A DNA stretch of 64,000 nt from a virus, in the IMG/VR virus record IMGVR_UViG_3300013286_000012, positions 12,546-76,545 of that record. One strand, 5' to 3'. Under the pieces are notes generated by a model. That model was not told the DNA's origin. It did not search any database and saw only the letters and a program-made list of their open reading frames with translations. A program made the translations under genes and the position numbers. The stretch's first letter is position 1, and each line of letters opens with the position of its first letter. Of this stretch, positions 1 to 8,653 are shown in pieces.

Positions 1-338
1 CAATTAATTCTCGTTGATAAATAACTGCAATATGCATGCACTCAACGACAACTAAGTTACTTCGAAACGTTAATGAAAATTAATCGTGAATAGTGTGGGG
101 CTAGTGAGATTCATGGAATGCAATCAATATCAATTATGGAATGCCAATAATTACATCACGCCTTATGTGTTGCTACTTATTGGTGCAGTCAGTAATCAAT
201 CTGTACGACAGAACATTGACGTTGATATTGAATGCATAGTGATTCTGCTTATGTATTTTCTGCGGTTGCAACTAACACTCATTCAGCGAAATGGCATTGG
301 TTGCAATCGTGGTGAACACATAAACGAAAGGCAACACA

Positions 339-494
339 ATGAAAAACACATACGCAATCGGTGACATCTACACCACAACCAAAACACAAGAAACTGGAAC
401 GATTAAAGAAATCGTTGTAATCAAACCAGACCTTGTAAAAATCCGACTAGACGTTGCTGGCGATACTCGCTGGACAACATGGAAACCCGAATAA
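339..494 (+). CDS. small hypothetical protein (51 aa, MKNTYAIGDIYTTTK...), not in ORF track
   Basis: ATG 339 preceded by GAAAGG RBS; open to TAA 492-494; translated by hand. Confidence 0.7.
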   Translation: MKNTYAIGDIYTTTKTQETGTIKEIVVIKPDLVKIRLDVAGDTRWTTWKPE

Positions 495-522
495 CAACTA
501 CAACACAAAAGAGGGGCAACAC

Positions 523-822
523 ATGGCAACTGCAATCGCAAATAATAAATCGGCTGAATACATTCAGAACCGAATCAATTTCACAGCCAGTAACTTCAAG
601 GGATTTAATCTCTCGACAACACCTGACTGCTTCCGACCTGCAACTGGTCGTTTGCAATCAGACTTGGTTGTACAACTGCAACAAGATGAACCCGACTACA
701 TCATTTACTCATATGGCACACCAATCGCATGGCATGGCAAATTCGGTTGGCACTTACCAGCAATCAAATACTCACAGATAACATCACGTCACCAATCACT
801 AGTTAGAGGGGCAATCGCATGA
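523..822 (+). CDS. hypothetical phage early protein
   Basis: GAGGGG RBS before ATG 523; YIIYSYGTPIAW motif; stop overlaps next start. Confidence 0.7.
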   Translation: MATAIANNKSAEYIQNRINFTASNFKGFNLSTTPDCFRPATGRLQSDLVVQLQQDEPDYIIYSYGTPIAWHGKFGWHLPAIKYSQITSRHQSLVRGAIA

Positions 823-1100
823 CAACTTTATTTATGGGAACTGATTACTCTGAAATCATTCTTGCAATCAACGGCAAACTTGATGATGAAATCGATAACG
901 ACATAACTGTTCGAGAACTCATTAAAGAAGAGAACATCGAAATTCTGCGTCAATTTTTATCCGCACATATCAACCACAATGAAAAGTGTGAGAATGGTCG
1001 TACAGAAGATAACGGCGTGTTCAAAGAATTGTTAAAGATAGAAGATGAATTCACATTCTTAAATATCTTCTACGCTCTTGTTCCTCTGATGTGGTGTTAG
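819..1100 (+). CDS. hypothetical protein
   Basis: ATGA overlap with upstream gene, GAGGGG RBS. Confidence 0.65.
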   Translation: MTTLFMGTDYSEIILAINGKLDDEIDNDITVRELIKEENIEILRQFLSAHINHNEKCENGRTEDNGVFKELLKIEDEFTFLNIFYALVPLMWC

Positions 1101-1109
1101 GAGATACCA

Positions 1110-1373
1110 ATGAAGGATTTCAATCTAAAAGAACTCGGTGTGATTCACATGGTCATTGATATGGCTCTGGAAAATTCAGATGACCTTGATGCACCACCAC
1201 ACATCATCACCACATTCGAATCAATACTTGCAAAGTTGCAACCACTCATTGATGAACAATGTGAAATCTTTAATGAGTTTCAAGAACTCACAACACAACT
1301 TGCAGATGTAGAACTTGCATCACGCATCATCGCAAAGAATCCAGATGCAGTTACAACTGAATACACCAACTAA
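1110..1373 (+). CDS. hypothetical protein
   Basis: GGAG RBS, operon position. Confidence 0.65.
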   Translation: MKDFNLKELGVIHMVIDMALENSDDLDAPPHIITTFESILAKLQPLIDEQCEIFNEFQELTTQLADVELASRIIAKNPDAVTTEYTN

Positions 1374-1398
1374 CCAATCAAAAGAAACGGAATACAAA

Positions 1399-2274
1399 AT
1401 GTCAACATCTCTATTCGTACCAACGCTCGAATCAACATCGCACTACATTCCACGAACCTTCTCTGGTGGAATTGGTGAGTATCAAGCCTTTGACTTTGCA
1501 TCAGATAACAACATGAACGTGTTGTCAGAAGGTGCAACTGGAACTGGTAAAACTTCTGCGGTGCTTTCGTATTGCGCCCAACGTCACTTGAACTTCTTTG
1601 CTGTTCCTTGCAACTCTGCAATCGACTTCACTCAGGTGATTGGTGGACTCTTTCCAAACGCTGACGGCAAACTCGAATGGGTTGACGGCGGTATCACGAA
1701 GATAGTTCGTGAGGGCGGTGTGCTTCTCATTAACGAATTAAATAATGCGCCAAAGAACTTGTCGCAGTACCTCATGTCATTACTAGATGACCGACGTTCA
1801 ATCACTCTCATGGGTCATGGAAACGAAGTTGTGAAGGCGCACCCAGACCTTCTCATCATCGCTGACCAGAATCCTCACTATCGTGGAACACAACTTCTCA
1901 ACGAAGCATGGAAAGACCGATTCGAAATCAAGTTGCGTTATGAATATGACAACGAGATTGAAAAGAAAATTGTTGCATCGTCATCACTTCTGGAACTTGC
2001 TAACGGAATGCGTGCAACTTCACGACAAAACGAATACGCATCAGCAGACCGAGGAACAATCTTCGAGACACCAATCTCTCCACGACTTCTTAAAACATTC
2101 GAGAAGGTTGCAAAGGGATTGACATTCGAATTCGCTGTCGAGAACTTCATCAATAACTTCACAGATGAAGAACGCCCTGCAGTCAAGATGCTTCTTGAAG
2201 GCGTTACATACAACATCAAGGAAGAACTCGGACTTGCTGTTGATTCAATTAAAACCGAATACGCAAACGCTTAA
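1399..2274 (+). CDS. MoxR/CbbQ/NorQ-type AAA+ ATPase
   Basis: Walker A GATGTGKT, Walker B-like LLINELN, sensor region and arginine finger (AWKDRF); vWA gene immediately downstream. Confidence 0.88.
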   Translation: MSTSLFVPTLESTSHYIPRTFSGGIGEYQAFDFASDNNMNVLSEGATGTGKTSAVLSYCAQRHLNFFAVPCNSAIDFTQVIGGLFPNADGKLEWVDGGITKIVREGGVLLINELNNAPKNLSQYLMSLLDDRRSITLMGHGNEVVKAHPDLLIIADQNPHYRGTQLLNEAWKDRFEIKLRYEYDNEIEKKIVASSSLLELANGMRATSRQNEYASADRGTIFETPISPRLLKTFEKVAKGLTFEFAVENFINNFTDEERPAVKMLLEGVTYNIKEELGLAVDSIKTEYANA

Positions 2275-2283
2275 GGAGACATC

Positions 2284-4278
2284 GTGCAATACGGAGATGC
2301 AATTAAAGACTGGGAGTTAGAACTTCTAGGTGTAACTCGCAAAGAGATTGAAGAGCAGAAGGCTCGTGAAGAACTCAAAAAGCAGAAATTAGAACGTTTC
2401 ACACAATTCTTCGGGCGTGTTAATTCTGCATTCACATTCCGCAAGGTGACTGTAAAGATTGAAGATTCACAGTTATCTGCACCAGCATGGTCAACAGCAT
2501 CAGAAGTTACTTTCAATTCCAGAATGATTGAAGAACTTGATTCTGCTCGTGCTATCGCTGGCATCAAGGGTCTAGACCTTCACGAGATATCACATATCCT
2601 TTACACATCTCGTGAGGGTTCAGAACTATTCGATTACGTCAAGGAGAATAAATTCTTCATGGCGTATAACTGCTTGGAAGATTCCAGAATTGAATTCCTC
2701 TTTACATCGAAGTATCCGTCAACGATTGATTGGTTCACATCAACTATCTTGATTCACTTCGTTGATAAGCCAAATGCATTCAATACCTCATATCCGTTGC
2801 TATGCGGTCGCAGATATCTTCCTGTTGAATTGCGAGCCCGTTCTCGTAATGCATACCCACATCAACACCTTGTCGACGATATCTCTGATGTCGTTACTCA
2901 ATATCGTTCACTTATCTTTCCTGCTGATACTGATAAAGGAAAAGAACTCATCGCCAAATTCCACGACCTGCTACAGCAGACTGGTGACGATTCTGGTGAG
3001 GGCGAAGGAGAGGGCGAGGGCGGTACTGGTACAGGCAAGGTTCGTATCTCACAAGGCGCAGGAGAGGGCGATACAGTCGTTCGTATCTCTGACCCATTCG
3101 GACATGGCTCACGTCCACATGAGGGCTTGGAAACCTCTGCACAGTCACGACCACAACCAGCACGCAAGCAAGCCAACGACTTGAAGCGTGCGCTCGATAA
3201 CGATTCAGTCGACGATAAAGAATTCGCTGAATCACTCAAAGATAAAAACGTCATTGATATAGATATTAATGACATTGAATTCGATGATGCAGATGATTCT
3301 GATTCAGATAATTCTGATGCAAATACTTCTGGCGATTCTGATTCAAATGATTCTGGTGATTCAACTGGTGGTGATTCTGCTAGTGATTCTGCTGGCGATA
3401 TCGTTAACACATTAATTGACAATCTTCTTGAAGATATTCTCAACGATGCAGATAACGTCAAAGAATTAAACGACACTCTTCGACAACTTGGTGGACTCAC
3501 TTCTCTTTCTACCAATAAATCAAAAGAGCCAGAGTTAAATCGTTATCACTCGCTCACACCAGATGCAGATACATTTCACGCATCACTTGCATTCGGTCGT
3601 GAACTTGAACGCTTGCGTGCAACGTTCGACCCTGCTTGGGATAAATACCAATCACAAGGTCGTATCGATGCACACAGGTATCTTCGTGGCGATGAACTCG
3701 ACACAGTATTCGACCAATGGAATGAAGGTCGTGAAGATGCAACTGAGATTGAATGCGTTATCGCACTCGATGTCTCTGGTTCGATGTCTGGCAAGAAAGC
3801 AACGAATGCATATCGTGCGATGTACGCAATCAAACGTGCGCTAGATAGAATCGATGCAAACTGCACAGTCATTACATTCCACGACAGCACCCACGTTCTC
3901 TATCGTGCAAAGGATAAGGCTGGCGCACAGATTCGAGATGCTGGTACTGGTGGTGGAACTGTTGCAACTGATGCAATCACCTACGCAACTAAGTTACTTG
4001 CTGAAACTGAAAAACCAGTACGTCTCTTCGTTGCAATTACTGACGGCGAATGGTCTGGCAATCAAGATGTAAATCACGATGCAATCAAGCGCATGAGTAA
4101 TGCTGGTGTGCTTACAGCACTTGCATTTATTCCAGATACAGATTCATCAATCACACTCAACGACGAGAATTCACATCATTGTGAAATTCGTGAAGTGGTT
4201 CGTAACCCAATCGACCTCATCGGGTTGGTTCGTTCAATCGTTAAATACGGAGTCAATCGTCGATTGATTTCTCACTAG
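2284..4278 (+). CDS. vWA-domain protein with N-terminal HEXXH metallopeptidase-like region (CobT/NorD-like partner)
   Basis: HEISH...EDSRIE, acidic D/S/G linker, MIDAS DVSGSM, GGGT, ITDG. Confidence 0.85.
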   Translation: MQYGDAIKDWELELLGVTRKEIEEQKAREELKKQKLERFTQFFGRVNSAFTFRKVTVKIEDSQLSAPAWSTASEVTFNSRMIEELDSARAIAGIKGLDLHEISHILYTSREGSELFDYVKENKFFMAYNCLEDSRIEFLFTSKYPSTIDWFTSTILIHFVDKPNAFNTSYPLLCGRRYLPVELRARSRNAYPHQHLVDDISDVVTQYRSLIFPADTDKGKELIAKFHDLLQQTGDDSGEGEGEGEGGTGTGKVRISQGAGEGDTVVRISDPFGHGSRPHEGLETSAQSRPQPARKQANDLKRALDNDSVDDKEFAESLKDKNVIDIDINDIEFDDADDSDSDNSDANTSGDSDSNDSGDSTGGDSASDSAGDIVNTLIDNLLEDILNDADNVKELNDTLRQLGGLTSLSTNKSKEPELNRYHSLTPDADTFHASLAFGRELERLRATFDPAWDKYQSQGRIDAHRYLRGDELDTVFDQWNEGREDATEIECVIALDVSGSMSGKKATNAYRAMYAIKRALDRIDANCTVITFHDSTHVLYRAKDKAGAQIRDAGTGGGTVATDAITYATKLLAETEKPVRLFVAITDGEWSGNQDVNHDAIKRMSNAGVLTALAFIPDTDSSITLNDENSHHCEIREVVRNPIDLIGLVRSIVKYGVNRRLISH

Positions 4279-4286
4279 TTCAAAGG

Positions 4287-4313
4287 TGGGGCGCATGAGG
4301 GTGCGCCCCATTT
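4287..4313 (+). terminator. hairpin/intrinsic terminator after vWA gene
   Basis: TGGGGCGCA-loop-TGCGCCCCA then TTT. Confidence 0.65.
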
Positions 4314-4342
4314 ACTACTTCAAACAAAAAGGAATCTAACAA

Positions 4343-4969
4343 ATGAAATTTACAGAACTTACAGTAGGTACAACATACGCAGTCATTCCGTCATGGGATT
4401 ATTCATCAGCAGATAAGAAGAACGCAGATACAGTTCAACGTCGCTCTGTTGCAAAGGCAGAGTTAATCTCACTTGATAAATATCAATACGAAGTATTTCG
4501 TAGCGAGACAGTTGACCACCCACAATTCAAACCAGCACCAAAGGGTTCTCGTGCTGTTGGTTATCTTGTCTCATCAACCGACTGGGCTGATGCAAGCGAC
4601 CCAAATAAAAAAGTTTTCTGGCTTGCACGTCCACAGGACATCGTTGCTGAATACTCCACACTCGAATCTCGTTGGGCTATTGAAGAAGCCGAGGAAGCAC
4701 GCAAGAAGGCTGAACAGGAGGCTCGTAGAGTAGAAGAAGAACGCATTGAACGTGAGGCTCATGCTTATGCTGAGCGCATCGTTACTTCATGCACCGAAGT
4801 TCTTACTTCAATTCTTGGTGACCGAATCAAGAACGTACGAGGTGAAGTAACTCGCAAACGTGACATGACTACAGGTAACTATCTTCCTTGCGCCGAGTTC
4901 ACTATCGACGGACGAACTATGCAATATCTTGCAGAAAAGATTCTAGAAGCACAGGACTTGGTGGCATAA
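4343..4969 (+). CDS. hypothetical protein with coiled coil
   Basis: long ORF, AGGA RBS, E/R/A-rich helix. Confidence 0.7.
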   Translation: MKFTELTVGTTYAVIPSWDYSSADKKNADTVQRRSVAKAELISLDKYQYEVFRSETVDHPQFKPAPKGSRAVGYLVSSTDWADASDPNKKVFWLARPQDIVAEYSTLESRWAIEEAEEARKKAEQEARRVEEERIEREAHAYAERIVTSCTEVLTSILGDRIKNVRGEVTRKRDMTTGNYLPCAEFTIDGRTMQYLAEKILEAQDLVA

Positions 4970-4970
4970 C

Positions 4971-5729
4971 ATGAACGTACCAATTATCAATGTAAATAAT
5001 TCTTCACTCGTTGAGGAATCTGTATATGCAAAGAGACTTCGTGATTACTACTCAAAAGATTATTTGCAATCAATGGGTGATAACCAAGATTACATCTGGA
5101 ATGGTCGCAAGCGATTAGACGGATATGCACAGATAAAAACCACGCACTTCTCTATTCAAGAAGAGGAATACAAGGGTCATCAAATTGTGGTTATTGGTTA
5201 TCATAAAGAGTTCCAGTATTACTTATCGCGTGGCACACTCGAACACGTTGACAAATATGAAGAATTAGGAACAGCAATCTTGGAGACACAGGTTCATAAG
5301 TTTTCGAACTACATCGCATTCGGATACAGAATTGGTGACACCAGTTCAGCAATAGATAGCCTCAACTGGTCTTTTCAGTTTGCTGTTATCAAAGGTACAT
5401 TCGAAACCGATTCATTTGATGCAACGATGAAGAAGGCAAAGAAACGTATCGACCTGCAAGCAAAGATAGTTGCAGTCAGCGATGAACTGATTCGTATTGC
5501 TGATGAACGAATTGTTTGTTCATCAACAGCGATGCAGGACTATTCTGTATACAACGCACTCGTTGGTGACCATGTATTTATTCAGGCACATGGTCGACTT
5601 CGTAAAGGAATCGTGGTCGATACGACTGGTTCTCGATTCATCGTTGGCTATGTAACTCCGTCGAATCATAATGAGTTGAAGTTCAAAACTCTTCGACTAT
5701 CAAATCTGTATACACAGGCAAAAGTATGA
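4971..5729 (+). CDS. hypothetical protein
   Basis: 252-aa ORF in operon. Confidence 0.7.
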   Translation: MNVPIINVNNSSLVEESVYAKRLRDYYSKDYLQSMGDNQDYIWNGRKRLDGYAQIKTTHFSIQEEEYKGHQIVVIGYHKEFQYYLSRGTLEHVDKYEELGTAILETQVHKFSNYIAFGYRIGDTSSAIDSLNWSFQFAVIKGTFETDSFDATMKKAKKRIDLQAKIVAVSDELIRIADERIVCSSTAMQDYSVYNALVGDHVFIQAHGRLRKGIVVDTTGSRFIVGYVTPSNHNELKFKTLRLSNLYTQAKV

Positions 5730-6139
5730 GCCAATTAAAAGAATGCAAAGAATGCAAAGAAGTGAAGTTACTTGAACACTTCGACATCACCAGAAAAAAG
5801 TTACTTGCAATCTGTAAGCCATGCAGACGGCAACGAAATCGTAATTACTACCTCACTCGCAAAATCGATATCAAGAAATGGCTCTTCGATTATCTGTCGC
5901 AGAACCCTTGTATCGACTGCGGTGAAAGTGACCCGATGCGACTTCAACTCGACCACAGGGGCGATAAAGAGTTCGTTATTGGTAAGTCACTCGTTGGTAA
6001 GAGTAAATCTCTTGCAGACGTGCAAGCAGAAATCGCAAAGTGCGATGTGCGATGCGCGAACTGTCATCAAGTAAAAACTCATGGTGAACAGAACACTTGG
6101 AAATATCAAATGAATCTAGAAAGGAAACACCATGAATAA
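5726..6139 (+). CDS. HNH endonuclease with N-terminal Zn ribbon
   Basis: CKEC..CKPC; CIDCGESD..LQLDH..CDVRCANCH. Confidence 0.85.
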   Translation: MSQLKECKECKEVKLLEHFDITRKKLLAICKPCRRQRNRNYYLTRKIDIKKWLFDYLSQNPCIDCGESDPMRLQLDHRGDKEFVIGKSLVGKSKSLADVQAEIAKCDVRCANCHQVKTHGEQNTWKYQMNLERKHHE

Positions 6140-6317
6140 ACAACATCTCACACGTCGTGGTTGGGTGGTTCTAGTAATCCTTCCAATCATTCTCTTCGTA
6201 TCGCTATTTACTTATGCCACTCGTGACATCTGCTACGTCGGTACACAGTACGGAAATATATTGGGCTATGGCTCATGCAACGACATGATTGACCGAGTAA
6301 TTAATGGGGGCAAATAA
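6132..6317 (+). CDS. small membrane protein
   Basis: LTRRG followed by hydrophobic TM helix. Confidence 0.65.
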   Translation: MNKQHLTRRGWVVLVILPIILFVSLFTYATRDICYVGTQYGNILGYGSCNDMIDRVINGGK

Positions 6318-6318
6318 A

Positions 6319-6525
6319 ATGGCAAAAGATGAAAACACAATCTCAGTTATATGGAGTCCAGAAGATATCCAATCACTCGTACCTAATATGAGCGATGAGG
6401 AAGCAGTCGAAGCACTTCACACGATTCGAGATTCATTCAAAGATAGAGCAACCGAAGAAGGTTGGCAGATTCTAGAAACACTTCTAGAGATGTACGGATA
6501 CAAAGAGGAAGAAGAGGAAGAATAA
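6319..6525 (+). CDS. hypothetical acidic protein
   Basis: ORF in operon. Confidence 0.6.
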   Translation: MAKDENTISVIWSPEDIQSLVPNMSDEEAVEALHTIRDSFKDRATEEGWQILETLLEMYGYKEEEEEE

Positions 6526-6687
6526 ATGGGTTACGTCGAACTTATTCCAGTAACAGCAAAGCAGTTAGATATTTGCGATGAATGCTGTCAACAAGGATTA
6601 AAATCATCAGGAAAAACTGTCAACGATGAACATGGTGACCCAGTTATTTTCTTCTGCTTCAACTGCGTACAGAAATTTAAGTTGTAA
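6526..6687 (+). CDS. small Zn-finger-like protein (53 aa), not in ORF track
   Basis: ATG directly after upstream TAA; CDEC...CFNC. Confidence 0.6.
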   Translation: MGYVELIPVTAKQLDICDECCQQGLKSSGKTVNDEHGDPVIFFCFNCVQKFKL

Positions 6688-6695
6688 ATAATCTT

Positions 6696-6802
6696 GTCGA
6701 ATGCGAGTCAACATAAGTTCTTGGTTATTCATGCCGTTCTCTCTTATGAAGGACGTTCACGACCTCAGCAGACCGAGCGAAACGTACCTGCTCGCATTCG
6801 AC
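6696..6802 (+). ncRNA. candidate structured intergenic RNA, family unassigned
   Basis: perfect 12-bp closing stem GTCGAATGCGAG/CTCGCATTCGAC enclosing two internal stems. Confidence 0.55.
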
Positions 6803-6829
6803 TTCCCCTTATTAGTAGAAAGGAAAAAA

Positions 6830-7012
6830 ATGATTCAACAAGTTATTTTCGATAACGTAGAACTACTTACTAACGATGAAAAGAACAGCATTATTCTTCA
6901 TCACATGAACAGTTCTGCATCAATAGATGAACTCTCCAAGGTGCTTGGTATCGACCAACTCATCATTCAAAGATTCATATCCAATTATCAGAACAGATTA
7001 AGAGGTGCGTGA
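6830..7012 (+). CDS. small protein, possible HTH
   Basis: AAAGGA RBS before ATG 6830; SIDELSKVLGID pattern. Confidence 0.55.
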   Translation: MIQQVIFDNVELLTNDEKNSIILHHMNSSASIDELSKVLGIDQLIIQRFISNYQNRLRGA

Positions 7013-7403
7013 CGTGTTAACAATCGAAGAAAAGAAATTAAGAAATCTTGCTGTGTCTCGTGCAAAGCAACGACTCGCAGTAAACAATGCAAATGAATAT
7101 CGAAAACTATTAGTTGAAGAATGTGAACGTGTTGGTGTTAGCGCACCAAAAGAACATGGCACAACTAAAGTTTCTCTGGAACTTGAATTAAAAATTAAAC
7201 AACTTGAAAAGTTAATTGAATCGCAACACCTTCAATGTGACTTCTGCGGTTGGAATGAGCCAGAGGGATTACTCGTTGGCTCAGATAATAAACTTCGTTG
7301 TTCAGTTCACACTTGCGAAATTTGTAAGTATGAAGGATACGCACGTTCTGGCGGTGACATTCGATGCAATACGCACGCACCAGAACATGACAAGGGAGAT
7401 TAA
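7005..7403 (+). CDS. hypothetical protein with Cys/His-rich C-terminus
   Basis: CDFC, CSVH, CEIC, CNTH. Confidence 0.6.
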   Translation: MRDVLTIEEKKLRNLAVSRAKQRLAVNNANEYRKLLVEECERVGVSAPKEHGTTKVSLELELKIKQLEKLIESQHLQCDFCGWNEPEGLLVGSDNKLRCSVHTCEICKYEGYARSGGDIRCNTHAPEHDKGD

Positions 7404-7404
7404 A

Positions 7405-7734
7405 ATGAATAAACATCAAGATGATTTAATTAAATCAATCGACTTTGCCAACGAATTTATGAAGGTAGTTCGTGGATTCAAAGTCGAACACGACCGACCT
7501 GACGGCTTGCCACAGGACGTTAAAGAACATCTTGCCAATCAACATCTCAACACCTTTATTGCAGAACGCAATCTAGAGCCAGAGATGCTCATCTGGGGAA
7601 TGCTCCACATGATTGAAATTTTATTGGAGTATTGTGATTTAGAACCAGAAAATTTAATGTCTGTCATGGATACATTCGTACAACACATTAAAGATAACTC
7701 AGAGATATATGGAGATAAAGATGAGAATGACTAG
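7405..7734 (+). CDS. hypothetical protein
   Basis: GGGAG RBS before ATG 7405. Confidence 0.65.
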   Translation: MNKHQDDLIKSIDFANEFMKVVRGFKVEHDRPDGLPQDVKEHLANQHLNTFIAERNLEPEMLIWGMLHMIEILLEYCDLEPENLMSVMDTFVQHIKDNSEIYGDKDEND

Positions 7735-8029
7735 ACCAAAGAAGGCACTATCTGTCGGATTCGAATTGACAACAGAGCGACCCGATATCGTTGATGCACC
7801 ATGTCAATCAGTTGACCCAGAGACGTTCTTTCCAGACCCAACAGACCTTGCGTTAACTCGTGAAGCAAAGTTGCTATGCAAACAATGTAATGTAAAAATT
7901 AAAAAAGATTGTCTCACATTTGCGCTTATCAACAAGATTGGTTACGGGATATGGGGTGGACTTACTACAGATGAAAGAAGAAACTTTAAACGTAGGGAGC
8001 AGAGAAGTGAAAGTAAGAATTCGCTATGA
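7721..8029 (+). CDS. whiB: WhiB family transcription factor
   Basis: C..DPETFFP..C..C..C with GIWGGLT turn motif. Confidence 0.92.
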   Translation: MRMTRPKKALSVGFELTTERPDIVDAPCQSVDPETFFPDPTDLALTREAKLLCKQCNVKIKKDCLTFALINKIGYGIWGGLTTDERRNFKRREQRSESKNSL

Positions 8030-8217
8030 CAGATTGGCTAACAAGTACAGACATCGCAAATCAAATCGGAGTAAAGGTTCGCACGATATACAAGTATCGA
8101 GAGCGCGACACCCTTCCAACCCACGATGCCATGATTGGCAACAGACCAGTATGGAAGCAGACAACAATCGACGAATGGATAGTAAATCGTGATTCAAATG
8201 AATTGGAGATTCAGTAA
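8026..8217 (+). CDS. AlpA/excisionase-like HTH protein
   Basis: LTSTDIANQIGVKVRTIYKY..LP....IGNRPVW...IDEW; upstream of recombinase. Confidence 0.8.
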   Translation: MTDWLTSTDIANQIGVKVRTIYKYRERDTLPTHDAMIGNRPVWKQTTIDEWIVNRDSNELEIQ

Positions 8218-8365
8218 TGGCAATAAAAATTAGAGACTGCGTGGAATGTGCAGACCAGCATTACACCAAAGATATGTATCCACATGAGGGTGCATATATC
8301 TGCGAACAATGCTTTCACGATACTTTTAAGTTCGAAAAATCTGATGAATTGGAGATTCAGTAATG
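8198..8365 (+). repeat. 22-bp direct repeat ATGAATTGGAGATTCAGTAATG at 8198-8219 and 8344-8365
   Basis: exact match read from sequence. Confidence 0.9.
8217..8363 (+). CDS. small CxxC-CxxC protein (48 aa), not in ORF track
   Basis: TAATG coupling; CVEC...CEQC. Confidence 0.6.
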   Translation: MAIKIRDCVECADQHYTKDMYPHEGAYICEQCFHDTFKFEKSDELEIQ

Positions 8366-8467
8366 AATAAAATAACTGTCGAAGTAAATGATGAATGGTT
8401 AGAGTTTCTTGGAGAGATGAGTCGTGACAACAACGGATTCGTCTGGTTGAAAGTTGAACGAAAGTAA
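8363..8467 (+). CDS. small hypothetical protein (34 aa), not in ORF track
   Basis: GGAG RBS, TAATG coupling. Confidence 0.5.
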   Translation: MNKITVEVNDEWLEFLGEMSRDNNGFVWLKVERK

Positions 8468-8561
8468 CTACGTCCAAATTCTTGGACGATATAAAAAGTT
8501 ACTTCAAATTACATAAGCAGAATCAAATCTCGCTAGGTGTATCTAGTCTCATTATGTGGAC

Positions 8562-8590
8562 ACCCCAGATTTCGGTCTGGGGTTTTTTTT
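8562..8590 (+). terminator. intrinsic terminator ending early block
   Basis: ACCCCAGAT-TTCG-GTCTGGGGT plus T-run. Confidence 0.85.
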
Positions 8591-8599
8591 GACTTCTAA

Positions 8600-8630
8600 G
8601 TTACTGGTCAGTAACCTACTGATGAGTAAC
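8600..8630. promoter_or_regulatory. palindromic sites upstream of recombinase (candidate att/res core or operator)
   Basis: GTTACTG-GT-CAGTAAC followed by degenerate copy CTACTGATGAGTAAC. Confidence 0.5.
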
Positions 8631-8653
8631 ATGGCACAGATTGGGGGTGGCAG

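Noticed and set aside
86-364. 92-aa ORF from the track
   Set aside because: No RBS; spans the likely promoter/leader and overlaps the better-supported 339-494 ORF.
2898-3515. 205-aa antisense ORF and similar shadow ORFs throughout
   Set aside because: Mirror of the low-complexity linker of the vWA gene; antisense ORFs over well-supported genes were treated as non-coding.
6740-6790. Hammerhead ribozyme (CTTATGA...CGAAAC)
   Set aside because: Core is CTTATGA rather than CTGANGA and is sequestered in a stem; stems I/III and the cleavage triplet cannot be built. Kept only as an unassigned structured RNA.
8535-8562. dif-like XerCD site (…TTATGTGGACA)
   Set aside because: Only TTATGT matches; spacer length and left arm do not fit, and the arms are not inverted repeats.
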